Shown in pieces: positions 22,233 through 36,030 of a stretch of DNA of 64,000 bases. The notes under the pieces are model-generated. The model was not told where the DNA came from. It saw only the letters and a list, made by a program, of their open reading frames with translations, and ran no database searches. A program made the translations under genes and the position numbers. Source of the stretch: Lama glama (taxonomy: Eukaryota). The stretch covers positions 97,590,001 to 97,654,000 of the forward strand of contig CM052817.1 in the NCBI GenBank assembly GCA_028534125.1. The letters run 5' to 3'. Every line of letters begins with the position of its first letter. The stretch's first letter is position 1.

Positions 22233-24599
22233 ATATCATTATGAAATAATGTATTTAAATGTTTGTTGAGTTTTAATTCATTGCAATTCTTTTTCTTACT
22301 GAAATTCAAAATTTCTATCTTTTGGATAGTAGACTCTCCTTCAAGTTGGCTCCTGAATTTTTTGATATAATTGTAACTGTTTCTAATAGTTCCATGTCAT
22401 CCAGTATGTCAAGATATTATATGCCCATGTCATTTATTTCCTTTCACAAATCAGAATCAGTTATTTCTCCAGGAAGCACAACTTCTCTGTTTTTATTGAG
22501 AAATAGTATTTCAAGACAACAATCTGGGCTCTATCGATGCTCATTGCTATTGGATTGACCATTGTTTCTAGACCTCTTCAGTGGACAGTTAGGGCGCATA
22601 CAATCTCTCTCTCTTTAAAAAAAACCTTGTGTATTAATGATACTTCCAATTCAAATTCAGAACAACAGGGTTTTTATTTAACCTAGTCTGTATTACACTG
22701 CTATGTCCATTCTTACATTCTGAGAATCCTGTGAAGTCATAGGAAATGTTACAATTAAAATATCCCATAATGACTCATTTGTTTTACTATATTTGCATAT
22801 ATGAGTTTTATAACAATACTAATATTACTACCACTAATCATTACTATTGAAAATCGTTAAAAGTAACTATAAAAGTTTTTATAACTGCTATCTCCCTCTC
22901 TCTTTTTCTAGTTGTAATACATCTACATGTGAGATTCTATCATCTCTTTTCTAATCCTCATTTAGAATTAGTTCTGTATATACTTATACACTTACTTCTT
23001 GTCACTGATCTTTATGTAAATGTCTCTTTGGTCATTTTAGTTGCTTTAAGGTACTTTTCTAGTAGATTTCTTTTTTTTTTCTAGTAGATTTCTTAAGAAG
23101 GACTCATGGGAACAATATTCCCTGAAATTCTCACGTATTGATAAAATCTGTGCTCTATTTTTAAGGACCTGTTTCACTGGATAGAAAAATATTTTGTTCA
23201 TATTTTCTTTCTTTGAATACATTAAATATATTTATTTTCTTCTGACGTAAAGATATGATGTCAAAAAGTCTGATGACAATATACTCACAAGTCATGTGTT
23301 ATTTTCTCCTGAACACTAAAGGCTTTTCATTTTCCTTTATAATCTACTAATTTAATTAAAATATCTGTTGTTCTGAGTGTATAAACTCAAGTACACATTA
23401 TGCTCTTTCAATACATAGTTCCAAAGAAGATTTTATTATAACTTTAGGAAAGTTTCCATAAACTTTTAGTTTTGTTATGTTGATTTCTTTTGTTAGGACT
23501 CCTGTTATCCATATATTGGATTTTTTTTTTTTGCCTATCTTTAATTATATCACTGTCTGAAATACTTTTATTTCTTTTCTTGTTTCCTTTTGGCTTACAA
23601 AACTCTTCCTCCTTTCATTTATTTTTTGAACCAATATTTGCTGTGTTTATTTACTCCTGTTTTCCTTCTATATAGTCTTGATCTCTAAAATAATTCTATC
23701 TCTTATTTCTGATTCTTGAATTCTGTCATCTCAGTAAAGAATTTTTATAATTTTAAGTTACATTATTTTCTATATTTTGTACCTTACATTTTTTTCTCTC
23801 TTTTTTATTTGTCTTTCTCCTATGTTTTTATTGTCTGTAGAGATGTCATTCTGGCTATTATATTTTTCTGGAGTAATTTTGTAAGGGATTTGATTTCAAT
23901 ACTTTTATGTTAAACATTTTAATACAATTTTAGTTCCTCTGACTTTTTAGAAGGAGCTTGATTCATATAGATTTCTGCCTTTTCTGTTTGTTTTTTTGTA
24001 GTGTAAAAACATGGCATATTGCTTTCTAAGATTTCCTGGATTTATTCACTTTGCCCAATTTTATTTGCATCTTCTCTTTCCTCTGTCACTCTTATTCCTG
24101 TCCTCCTCAGTTTTTATTTTGCTTCCATCAGTTTTTCCTTATTGCATGGCCCTGTCCTAAAAGGAGCCCTGTTAATTCAGTTTCAAGGGTTCACAGGGGC
24201 TAGACTGCTCCAAACTCTTTGGGATTTACTGTGGCTCTTTGTTCTTATGCACTACTATAGGGTACAGAATTCCTCTGAGATGTAGCTACTGTTCTCACAT
24301 TGGCCTGCCAAAGTTCAAGGTGACTGTTCTGTCTTATTCTATTCTTGGGTTAGTCAGGTGCATTCTTGCTTCCCTCTGCTTTCTCTCATAGCAACATCAA
24401 TAACATTTAGATCTTGTGGCTATTGGTGGTTTGCCTCTGTTTGTATTTGGGGGTGCATAGTGCTATGTTGTTAGCAATCTTTTTTGTAAACATTCTGTTT
24501 TTGCTCTCTAGTTACTTTGACTGTTTTAATGTGAGAATTTAGAAAGATCCAAAAGCTGTACTATTGCCATTATCTTCCCAGAATTCACATTTTTTTCCT

Positions 24600-25400
24600 T
24601 TCTTAAAATATATGGCTATTTTCCAGGTCAATGTGTATAGATCTAGTGCACTCTTTTTATACGTTGAGTAATGTTAAGTTTTAAAATGAAATTTATCCAG
24701 CCAATTTCTTTTACAAGTTTTGTCATATATATTGAAGATATTTTCTCTCAGCCTATTTCTGAATCTTGACAAGAAGTTTTAATTTTTATGTATTCAAATC
24801 TGTTGATAATTCTTTTATGGTTTCTGAGGTCCAGAATGTTCTAAAGTTACCTCTATCTGCTTTTCTTAAAGTTACACAAATATCTCTTAAATATTCTACC
24901 AGTATACTTATTTTTTGACATTTAGTTTAAAATTACTGTGTGATTTATTTTTTGTGTGTTATCAAATATGATATGATTTTATTTTTCCAGATGGATAGTA
25001 ATCAAATAAAGTGTACTTTATCCAATATATTATAAAATCATATTTATTATATTTAAAATTCATATGTACTTAGATACATTTCTAGACTCAATATTCTCCT
25101 ATATGACTATTCCTATGCCAGCATATTCTATTAAGATTAGAGTTACTCAGTAGTATTGCATTGCATTTATTAGGAAAAGTTTCCCTTTACTTAAGTTTAA
25201 TTTTCAGTTTTTCATAATTGCCTCAGGGAATGAAATATGAAATATAATTGTTACTTTACTAAAAACCCTTTATTGTAATTTAATTGGAAATGTATTAAAT
25301 GTATATATTAATTTGGGGAACACTGACATTTGTATGATATTGCCTTTGTATCCAGGATATCCTAGCTCTCTGAAGTTACTCGGGTCTCAATTTTGTGACT
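24600..25400 (-). mobile_element. Highly decayed L1ME-like fragment
   Basis: attggaaatgtattaaatgtatatattaatttggggaacactgacatt and other antisense ORF2-end motifs. Confidence 0.55.
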
Positions 25401-25499
25401 GTATGTATAAGTAAATAGACAGACTTTACAGTTTTTCTTTGACATCTACAGAATATTTTAGATGGTTGTTTACGAACTTGGTCATGACCCAAATTTGCC

Positions 25500-26170
25500 T
25501 TTCCAAAAGTAGTTTTTTCAGATCATGTTCTCTGAATATGATCAAATAAAGACAGAAAGCAACAATAAAAAATTGTCCAGGATAGTTGTCATATACTACT
25601 GGTGAAGGTATAAGTTGATGAAATTTATATCATGAAAACAGATTAAAGCTGAATACTAAACATACATATACCTGGGAGTTTCACAACTACATATCAGTCT
25701 TGTGTACAGATGTGTACCAAGACACAATGCAAGAATATACTTAATAGTACTATTTACAATAGCCCCAAACTGGAAACAACCCAAATATCCATCAGTAGTG
25801 GACTACAAAAATAAATGTTTATATCTTCAAACAATGGAATACTATATATCAATGAGAAAGAACAAACCACTGTTACATGGAAAACCATAGATGACTCTCA
25901 TAAGGACAATATTAAATAAAAGAAACCAGGTAAGAAAGAATACATATAGTATAATGTCATTTATATAAACTTAAAAAATAGGCAAAACTAATTTATGGAA
26001 GTTGGGATAGCAGAGTGCTGGGGGACATGGAAAATGGGAGAGAATATGATGACTATTGCAGAAATGAGGATGTTCTCTGTTGATCACTTTGTGCAAAATT
26101 ATTAAGCTGTGTATTTATGATTTATGCACCCTTTTGTGTATGTATGTTACACTCTAATAACAGATACACT
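25500..26170 (+). mobile_element. Old L1 (L1MD/ME-like) 3' end
   Basis: acaatagccccaaactggaaacaacccaaatatccatc (LFTIAPNWKQPKYPS in ORF 25702..25890) followed by 3' UTR motifs. Confidence 0.8.
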
Positions 26171-26989
26171 TAAGAATGTGTCCAAGATATATTGTTACTT
26201 GTACTTATTTCCTGAACAAACAAGCAAAAAGCCACTCCCAAATCCACTCCAACCAATTAAATACATATATCAATTTCAGTACACAAATAAACATTTTTCT
26301 TCAGACGGAACGGACGGTTTTTGTTGTTGCTCGTCCATTATTTTTTTTAACCTCATTTTTAGTCAGAAGAAGTTCTGACAAATGGCTCTAGAAGAATTAC
26401 AATGTTGAGAAAAGATGAATATTAGTGCAGAGGAAGGAAGTGCCTGGTCCTGACTGCTGCATTGAAAGCTATCAGGCTGACCCAACACAATGGAAGCAAT
26501 ATCCCTCAGAGCAGAATCTCCAATGACCTTAAACTATTTAAAGTTTTAAACCAGAAGTCCTTGCTCTAAGCCATCTCATCCCTTGCTTCCCAATTCCCTG
26601 CAAATCTGAGTGGCTTCTGACCCCTATGGTTCTTCTCACATTCAGGGCTCTACACATCTCTTGTATCTCTTCTTTGGACAAGATTATACCCTCCTAATTA
26701 TGCTGCTCATGGCCCCCTGAGTAAAGGGACACCTGCCTCTCAGCATCCTACAACTTGACGTAGACTCTAACCATTTTCCCAGTGACTCTAGATTGTTCTT
26801 GGCCCTGAAATAGAGCTCTGGACTGAGGATGTAGATTTAAAAACAAACAAACAAACAAACAAAACCCTTCATTGTGAAATTCAGACTTAACAGAAAAGCT
26901 ACAAAAATAGTAGAAAGAATTTCTGTATTTCCTTCTTCCAGATTCCCCAAATCAACATTTTACCACATTTGCTTTATTGCTCTTTCTGT

Positions 26990-28643
26990 ATTCATGTTAT
27001 TTGTGGCAGTATTGTTCCATAAAGTCACACAAACACTGAATTAGCAAGTACTGGGCTCCCAGGGGAAAAACTGGGTTAGGTTCCTCTGAGCCTCTGCTCA
27101 CAATATTCCCTCAACTGCTCAATACCAAACCTTGTTTAATGCCTGTGTCTGTTTAAAGACACTTTAAAAAACACATACGGTTGATTCATTAACATTGAAC
27201 TCACAGCCAAAAGTACTACAACCCTTGTCTGAATGGAGCTTATCTAACATATGTCTTCACCAAGCACATCAAAGACTTCTTGCACTCAGGGACACTAAAC
27301 AGCATGTCACTTCTGTGCTGGGGGTCACTCTAAACCACAAAATCACCAAAGAAGTGTGCAAAAAAAGCAAAAACTGTGGCACTAAAATGACTGTGAACAG
27401 AACACTTATTTATAGTATGAGAGCTGAAACAAGAAGGCAGAGCATATTTGCAAATGATGTGGCCGGCAAGGGCTTAACTTTCAGAATATATAAGCAGCTC
27501 ATATAATTCAGTGACAACCACAACAAAAAAACCCAAACAACCCAATCAGAAAAATAAACAGAAGACTTACTGGACATTTCCCCAGAGAAGACATCGAGAT
27601 GGCCAATAGACACATGAAAAGATGCTCAATATTGCTAATTATAAGAGAAATGCAAATCAAAACTACAGTGAGGTATCACCTCATACCAGTCAGAATACCC
27701 ATCATTCAAAAGTCCACAAACAATAAATGCTGCAGAGGGTGTGGAGAAAAGGGAACCCTCCTGCACTGTTGGTGGGAATGTAAATTGGTGCAGTCACTAT
27801 GGAAAACAGTATGGAGATTCCTTTAAAAACTAAAAATAGGCTCACCATCTGATCAAGCAATCCCACTCCTGAGCATATATCTGGAGAAATCTCCAATTTG
27901 AAAAGACACATGCACCTCAATGGTCATAGCACCACAATAGCCAAGACATGGAAATCCTCATTAAGTGTCCATCAACAGTTGAATGGATAAAGAAGATGTG
28001 GCATATAAACACAATGGAACATTACTCAGCATTAAAAAGGAATGAAACAATGCCATTTGCAGCAACATGGATGAACCTAAAGATTATCATACTAAGTGAA
28101 GTAAATCAGACAAAGAAAGACAGATATTACATGATTTCACTTATATGTGGAATCTAAAAAATAATATAAATGAATGTACATGCAAAGCAGAAACAGGCTC
28201 AGACATAGAAAATCAGCTTATGGTTACTAAAGGGGAAAAGCGGGAGGAAGAATAAATTAGGAGTATGGGATTAATAGATACACACTACTATATAATAAAT
28301 AGATAAACAACAAGGATTTACTGTATAGCACAGGGAACTCTATTCAATAGCTTATAATAACCTATAATGAAAAAGAATATACATGTATAATTGAATCACT
28401 GTGCTGTAAGAAACCAACACAACATTGTAAATCAACTATATTTCAATTAAAATAAAAGAAGGCAGAGCATCTCTTGGTCAACTTCTACTGGGAAGTGTGT
28501 GTTGGGTGGTTCAAATTCTTCACTGCTCTGAGCAAGTGCATGAATGACGACAAAAGCACCACTAATATTGATTTTGTAGTTACAAATTTCAGTGAGTGAA
28601 TAATTTTGCAAGTATGAAGCCCATGAATAATGAGGATTGACTA
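26990..28643 (-). mobile_element. MER82 (TcMar-Tigger) split by a young L1
   Basis: ctgggttaggttcct, gttgattcattaacattgaactcacagccaa, tatgagagctgaaacaagaaggcagagc and terminal aataatgaggattgact match the reverse of MER82 as I recall it. Confidence 0.85.
27446..28455 (+). mobile_element. 5'-truncated young L1 (ORF2 C-terminal cysteine-rich region plus 3' UTR)
   Basis: ORF 27599..27826 [10 protein letters not shown]...[32 protein letters not shown]. Perfect 15-bp TSD AAGAAGGCAGAGCAT at 27431-27445 and 28456-28470. Confidence 0.97.
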
Positions 28644-29159
28644 CATGTAGGTATACATGGATATACGTATAGATATACACACATATATAGCTGTATGCAC
28701 ACAACACATATTTCTGAACCATTTGAGAGTAAGTTGCACATATGCTATTCCTTTAGCCCTAAATATTTTAGTGTGTATTTACTGAAAACAAGGATATTGT
28801 CCTATGTAACCACATTACAATGATTGCAACCAGGAAATTGATAAAATACCATTATTGCAGCTACAGATTTTATTTATATTTTGCCAATTATTTTTCTAAT
28901 GGCCATTATATTTCAGGATGCAATCCAGATTTACATGGTGCATTTTGTTGTCATGTCTCTTTGGTTTCCTTTAATCTGTAAGAGTTCCTTAGTCTTTATT
29001 TGCCTTTCGTTGCTGCTGCCATTTTTGTGTTATTAGGGTATGGAAGTAATCAAGAAAAAATTGTAAAAAATGTAAATGAAGTGGGATAAGACAATATTCT
29101 TTATTAAACACTGTTGGATTCTCATGATGATAACAGAGAGGAAATGCAGCAATGGGAAG

Positions 29160-29320
29160 GAAGAACTAATGTTTCACCACCTACTACATAGTTTCATTTT
29201 ATTCTTTCTGAATTAATTCCATCTTTATGCAAATGAGGGCACTGAGGGTCAGAGAAGTTAAGCATTTGTGGAAGGTCACATACCTAGCAGTGGTCGGATT
29301 GGACTTCAAACCAATGTAAT
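29160..29320 (-). mobile_element. MIR relic
   Basis: caaatgagggcactgagggtcagagaagttaag...aaggtcacatacctag...ttcaaacc. Confidence 0.75.
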
Positions 29321-30099
29321 AAGGCACAGAGAAGCTATGCTCTTTTAAATATACATACTGCTGTTACTAAGATGGCATCCAATGAAACATCAAATAATCT
29401 CAAGAACTACATAATTGCTATACTATCCTAATTTTTCTTATCCCTTATTGTAAAAAAAAAAAATCCCACAAAAACAATATAAGAAAAACAGAATGGGCTT
29501 TAACAAAACAATTGTAAATCTAAACAGAACCATGAAAAACTTTCCATCAGGAGGTGGCCTGGGGAAAATCTCATTACCATTTTTCCCATCAGCATCTCCT
29601 ATGAGTATGCATCTAATTTTATTGTTAAACTTGACTTTAAAGGTTTGTTAAAAGCAGTATTTACAAAGTTTTTAGCAGAGTCTCCCTTAAGAGAGGAGAT
29701 ATATGGATTTGATTAGTCTGTGTTCTCAGGCATGTTGGAAAGGGATATATCCTGGGAGTTAAGTTTGAATTTAGGGGCTACAATTCCAACCCAGGAAAAG
29801 TTTGCTTAGCTAGAATACTTGTCCTGTCCCAGTGGTCTGGTGAATACACTGCATGGTCACGTTGCTTTGTAACAGCTGAAACCAACAGCCTGTGCGAGCA
29901 CCAGGCGGTAGATGGAACGTCTGGTGGCACTTGAACATCTACGCAAGAGCCAAGCATGAATCGTCTCCCTGATTCTTCTGCCTTCATTTGGAATCATAGA
30001 GTCAGAAACACAGAACTGTGGGGAATATAAGAAATCCTCTTGTCTAACCCTCTAATTTGGGAGATTTCTTTCTTATTCAAATAGATTAAACAATGCTAA

Positions 30100-30285
30100 C
30101 ATTCAGTGCACCACCATGCTGTGCTTGATCTCATACTAGACGTGCTTCATTACTTAAGTTTCACAGTTCTCTGACGCAGGTGGTACTGTTCATGGTTTAC
30201 AGATGGTGGAACTGAGGCTCAGTAACTTGTCCCAGGTCACACAGCTAAGACGTGATGGATTGAAGTCTGCGGTCAGGGCTAGCCA
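30100..30285 (-). mobile_element. MIR relic
   Basis: ttacagatggtggaactgaggctcagtaacttgtcccaggtcacacagctaag. Confidence 0.75.
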
Positions 30286-31604
30286 AAAAGTTTGTGTTCA
30301 TTTTATCCCATCGCTGGCTCTCTGATATTTCCAACTTCTCTCAGGGAGTTGTTGCTGTACTTACACTTATTAATAATCACTATGGGTTTAAGAAGAATTG
30401 TGAATTTGGTGACATCTGCTCTTGGTGTCTTCTGAGTCATCATCTTAAACAATCTCTTTACAAGGCTGGCTCTTATGCCTAGGCCCAGTGTCTTTGAAGA
30501 TGTATTTCCTTCATCTACCACTCCGACTTTCTCAGACCCAAAGGTGTCACCTAGAGAGTCAGATAAATTAATACTTCTAAATGTGAAAATGGGCAATTAC
30601 TAGATGAGTACCTTTTAGAGAACTTATGTGTGTTTCTTTCTAAGACAGAGTTAACATTGGAGTCTAATTCATTCAGGAGAGATTTTTCAGGCCAATCTAT
30701 AGAAAGTCATATGAGATCAAGTCTGGTAATGAAGTAGAGAGAAGCCCATCTGTGGAAACAGATTATTAATGCTCAGCTCTTCTGTGTTGTTTCATAACTC
30801 CTGATAGGCTAACAAAGTAGGTACAGGAAATAAAAATGGTACATCAGGCAATTAAAAGAAAGCCTGAGTTCTGAGTTCATACTAACAGGTAATTATTATA
30901 AAATTAGGCCCAGAGGAGTTTAAGAACACTTTGCTAAAAGGTTTTCATTATCTTTTTGCCTTGAGATTTGTAAAGAATGTAAAATGCAGTAGCAGAAATA
31001 TCAGCGTCTGAATAAAGTAGTCGCGATGGCCTCAAATGCACACTGAAACCAACTAAAAGTCTCCAAACCCACAGCATTTCAACTCCTTTCTTTGTACAAA
31101 AGAGCTTCAAATGGCTGGAGAGTTTTAGAATGCCCTTCCTTTATGAAACGGAAACATAGAGAAGTATTTGTTCCAATCAGAATGTCTGAAGACTATTGTA
31201 CGTCAAAGGAAAATTCACATCTGAAATCCATGTGTTTAACATCTGCAGAAGCAGTGGGAGAACAGAAGGATTTGAGCAATTTATTACAAAGCTCTAGATG
31301 CAATTAATCTACCCATATGCAGAAAGATGGCAACTTAGGAAATGAAGTGGGAAATCATTGTTATCAAATATATTTTTATGGTTAGTAGTTCCAAAGAAAC
31401 ACCCATACACATACACAGAGAAATACACATGTGCATGAAATTTTCTATTATCTAGTGCCAAATTAAGTGATAAAATATAGAGAGCAGGAGAGTTAACTAG
31501 CTCCAAGACAAGATAGTGGAGATAAACTGCTGTCCTTGTAAAGGAAAGATAAATAGTTTCTGATCCTCCATACTTAGGGAAATTTTGTTAAATAACTCCT
31601 CACT

Positions 31605-32475
31605 AAATTCCAGAAGCTGTGATGATCTGCTTCAGTAAAGGAACTATGATTAAGGTTACCATTTTATTAAGGTTGCAGTGGTTCACCCACACCTGCCATG
31701 ATCCATCTGGTGCTTGTGATGATCTAGATGAGTTGATAGAGATATGATGTACCACCACTGTATCTTTCAGTTCTTTTTTGGTGATGGATATCTCTGCAAT
31801 TCTTCATGAGAGGTGGCATTTCTTCTGATTTACTTCCTTTGATTACTTCTGATTATCTACTTTTGCCAGGGAATGCAAATTGTAGGGACTTCCATCATAA
31901 CACCTCTCACTCCAGCCAACATGAGCAGCTACATATATCTGCATCAATGATATATTTAGAACTTGTGGAAATTACCAAAGAGTGGGCTTGAGGACCTGAT
32001 GGACCCACTACCAGATGATCCTGGCCTATAACTGCATTGACTAACTGGCTTCCATGAGCTCTCTTATGGTCGGACTGAGATGGTATCCTATGTCTCCTCG
32101 GAAAGTCTGGGCATTACTTACTCCCCAGAGGCCTTTGCCTTGGGAAATGACTTCAGGTTTCTTTGGAGCAAGAAAGAAGGAATATTTACTCTACATAGCT
32201 GGGTGGCATTGGAGGTTCATTCTTCAAAGGGATCTAACCTCCCCTTCAAACACTATAGATGGAGAACTGGAAACGGGATGGAAGGTGGTGATCTTCCATT
32301 ATAGCTCTGACATAGCCTTCTGCTTACCAGATATCAATTTCTTTTATACACAAATCAAACAACACCTTAGTCAGCTGTTCTTATATCTCAGCTCTACAGA
32401 CATCATGATCTATTCACCATCACCAGAGGTCTCTGTGTGCCCAGCGCACAAAATACCTCTCTGATCTTTATGCCA
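31605..32475 (-). mobile_element. Ancient ERVL (class III) internal relic: gag 3' end, protease region and RT N-terminus, disrupted
   Basis: Minus-strand translations VVGPSGPQAHSLVISTSSKYIIDADI, RIAEISITKKELKDTVVV, APDGSWQVWVNHCNLNKMVTLI and LLKQIITASG are colinear with HERV-L/MERV-L pol motifs as I recall them (TVGPVGP..HPVVISP..CIIGIDI; GIAEISATIKDLKDAGVV; KTDGSWRMTVDYRKLNQVV; LLEQINTSPG). Confidence 0.85.
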
Positions 32476-32619
32476 TGATGTTAATTACGTACACCTTACC
32501 TCTAAAGGTTAGGAGTTTCCTACAGCCTTCTGCCAGTTCTATGGTAAAGAATAGTCACCACCATGCTTCTCAAAAATTCCAGTGTCCCCTAACAACAAAG
32601 CATTCATCTCTGAGGTTAA

Positions 32620-33330
32620 CTCAAGGATGGACAAGCAGACAAGAGCCCAGAAATAGATACATATTGGGAAATTTTGTATAAATCAGTAGGCAGAAAGTGA
32701 TAGGATCTAATAAGTGGGGCTTTAAACATTGGTTTCCCCTTAAGGAGAAAATAATTGTATACCTGGATTATATTCCTATCTCATACCATACAAAAAAACA
32801 AAAAAAACAAATTCCAAGATGGAGATATCTTAAATATGAAGAGTAAAACCCAAAACAAGAAAATAGGACAATAACTTTATGACCTTAGGGAAGGAAAAGA
32901 TTTCTTAAACAAGCATACAATTAAACAAAAACAAAAAGGCACTAACTATACAGGAAATATTGATAAACATGACAACTTAACATTAAAGAACTCTAATCCA
33001 AAAGCAACCTACAGATTTGAAGAAGATATTTGCAATATTTTAGCACAGAATTCATATCCAGAATATTCCAAGGCCATCTACCAAAAGGTAAGAAAAAAAA
33101 TCTAGTGATACAGATCAAATGAGTAATCAGTTCTCCAAATGGCAAGTGATAATATCAGGAAATTAAAGATGCGAAGAATTACTATTTTGCACATCCGACT
33201 TCCACAAGTCTAAGTATCTCAAGAGTTGGAGACAGCGTGGAGTAGGAACAGTTATATACTGCTAGGGGTAAAGTATTTAGTGAAGCTCAAGGTGTTCCTA
33301 TCCTGAGATGCAGCAATTCCATTTCCAGGG
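32620..33330 (+). mobile_element. Decayed L1ME-like ORF2 3' fragment
   Basis: agagcccagaaatagatacat; tatgaccttagggaaggaaaagatttcttaaac; cagcaattccatttcc. Confidence 0.7.
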
Positions 33331-33941
33331 TAATTATAATTGAAACCACACAGAAAACGTCTTCCTCCCTAGCTTGGCATGATATTCAAAAGTCCTACAG
33401 ATGCTTGCCTTCAGATTAAGTTACTGTTTATAAAAGGTCATGGTTGAAATGCACACATCTTTTATTGGAGGAATAAATTAACCAGCACTATGGATTATTT
33501 TATCAGCTTAACTTTTCTCTTCTAGACCAGAGTCCTGAGGAAGGACACACAAGAAGGACAAAAAGAAATGTCAAAATGTCTTAAAAGTGAACTTTACTAT
33601 TGAGAGAGGATTCAAGGAAATGGCAATAGGCACACTGCCACCTTTTCTTCCTTGTCCAAGTTTGATTCAGCTACATCTTTTCAGTTAAAACACCTACTGG
33701 ATTAATGAAGACTTAGATTTTGTGGAAACAATAGCAGAGAACACTAGTGAGGGGCGTTTTCCCCAGTGAGCTCAGTGAGCACTTGGAGATCTGCATGGGG
33801 CATTGGGACAAGGATTGCAAAGTGAGAGACTCTGGAATATTGCTTGATTTATAAGCATTGTCAACTATTTTGGGGGATGCTGCCTCTTAAAGTAATCCAA
33901 CAACTATGAGCCCCAGTGAGCAGTCAAAAACAAGAACCCAA

Positions 33942-33946
<5 letters not shown>

Positions 33947-34002
<56 letters not shown>
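33947..34002 (+). repeat. (TAA)n trinucleotide microsatellite
   Basis: About 18 perfect units. Confidence 0.97.
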
Positions 34003-34179
34003 TCTTAGTGGGTTCAAAAACCCAAGAAAAGACACATGAAAAGTAGATCATGTGCCCAGTGAATTAGAACTACTAAAATATAGACAGATGACAACATAGA
34101 CCAAAAATTAATAAACATGCTTGAAGAAATTAAGCAAAAAACATAAATTTCCAATGAACTAAATCAGCAGATAGGATAT

Positions 34180-36030
34180 CCGTTGCCAGTGATAATGTAG
34201 TAACTGGGGCTAACTTACTCTTCCACAGTAACAACCAGAAAACTGAATAAAATAGATGAACAAAGTTTTCTGACTGTGGGCAGCAGGCCGTGGCAGATAG
34301 TGATTCCAGGGAGAAAGCAAACAAAGTCGGTGAGCCCTGTAATCACATTGATGGCTGCCTGCAGGCATTTTCCAGACCACAGTACATGCAGGGCCTTCCA
34401 AGCAGGACACAGTAATTTTACTGAGTTGAAGAGACAAAGATCATAATGTGGGGAGGTCAAGGCAGCTAATATTTGGGCTGAGAAAAAGACAAGAGAGAAT
34501 GATGAAGAGAAGAGCTCCAGAAATCTGCATAAGAGTCCCCTTGATTCTGTTGCATTAATAGGGTGAAACTCCATGACAACTCTGAGAACTCACATAGATT
34601 TGGAAGACATTTTAGCTCTGACTAGCCAGACTGCAGTGTCCTCGTTGAATCCTCAGGGTATTCCACAGAAATTTCAGAAGAGTCGTGCCTTAGTATTAGA
34701 ACAAATGTATAAAACTATTCCAGCATACAAACTATTCTAGATCTATTATAAGACAGTTTAAAGATAATCCTTTGGGGGACGAAGTATGCCAATGAACTAG
34801 TAATTTAACTGCAAATTCAGAACAAAGTCCAACACTCTTTAAAGTTAGAAAACATAATCCAGTATTTAATAATGTAAATCTCACAATATGCAGCATCCGA
34901 CAAAATGACTAGGTGTGATATGCCAGAATAAAGGAGAAAGGTCAATCAATAGAAACAGTTTTGAAAATGACAGAGATGGTGCAAATCTCAGACAAGGACT
35001 TAAAAACAGCTGTAGAATTTAAAGGAAAACATTCTGTGAGGAGAGAAATAGAAGACATAAAAATGACAAATGATACTTCTAAAAGTGAAAAATACAATAT
35101 CTGAAATGGAAAATTCACCAAACAGGATTAATAGAATTTACCCTGTAGAAGAATTCTTAGAAGAAAAGATAGGCAATAGAAACAATTCAGACTAGAGCAG
35201 AAAGAGAAAAGACATTGAAAAAAATGTACAAAGCAGAAATTAGTTAAATAGAAAGTGAACAAAGAAAACAAGCAAAAGCAGCAGCTAGGTCTTTGAGAAG
35301 ATCAGCAAAGTTGATAAGCTCTAAGTAGACAAATCAAGTAAAGAAAAGACAAGACACAAATTACTAACATCTGGAATGAAAGAGGAAATTACCGCAGAGT
35401 CTACAGACATTAAAAAGATAATAAAAGATTAAGATTATGAACTTTAATCTAAGCAAAGTGGAAAACTTGAATTCCCTATATCTATTAAACAAATTGAATT
35501 TATACTGTAATTGAATTATGCCCACTCCCTGCTGTCCCCAAAGTCCAGGTATAAATGGTTACATGGCTTAATTTGCTCAAATCCTTAAGGAAGAAATACC
35601 ACCAATGCTATACAAACTCTCTGAGAAAACAGAGAGGCAGGAACACTTTCCAACTTATTTTATGAGTCCAGAATTATCCTGATACCAAAAGTTGATGACA
35701 CATTACAAGAATAAAAAAAGCTACAGACTACTCTCCCTCATGAACATAGATGTAAAAATCCTTAGAAATATATTAGCAAATAAATCTACAAATATATTAA
35801 TATAGAAAAGGCTAATATATCATCATCAACTGTGTTTATTCCTAGGAATACAGAGTTGCTTTAACATTTAAAATTCAACTAATGTATTTTCCAATACTAA
35901 TAAACTAAAAACAATATGCCATATGATCATATTAATAGAGGAAGAAAGTTGACAAAGTTTAATCCCCATTCATGTTAACACTCTGAGCAAACAGTAGTAA
36001 ATTCCTCAGCCAGAAAAACAGCATCTACAA
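34180..36030 (+). mobile_element. Old L1 with 5' UTR/ORF1 start joined to an ORF2 RT fragment (internal deletion)
   Basis: 5' UTR-type sequence from ~34180 and ORF1-like sequence at 34940-35230. ORF2 at 35280-36030 (ttttatgagtccagaattatcctgataccaaaa; catgaacatagatgtaaaaatcctt). Confidence 0.7.

Larger units (their letters stand above)
20400..24590 (-). mobile_element. Fragmented old L1 (L1MC4/5-like 3' UTR pieces and upstream ORF1-like region), with younger inserts
   Basis: Motifs ggatccagaggcttgatcaga and caatctggg...tgctcattgctattggattgaccattgtttctagacctcttcagtggacag. T-rich plus strand. Confidence 0.55.
26865..29020 (-). mobile_element. L1MC4/5-like 3' end split by MER82; pieces at about 26865-26990 and 28700-29020
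   Basis: cagaaaagctacaaaaatagta...cagattcccc...acattttaccacatttgcttt continues as ttctgaaccatttgagagtaagttgc...aaaacaaggatatt. Confidence 0.7.

Noticed and set aside
32054..32464. 136-aa plus-strand ORF
   Set aside because: It is antisense to the ERVL gag/pro relic.
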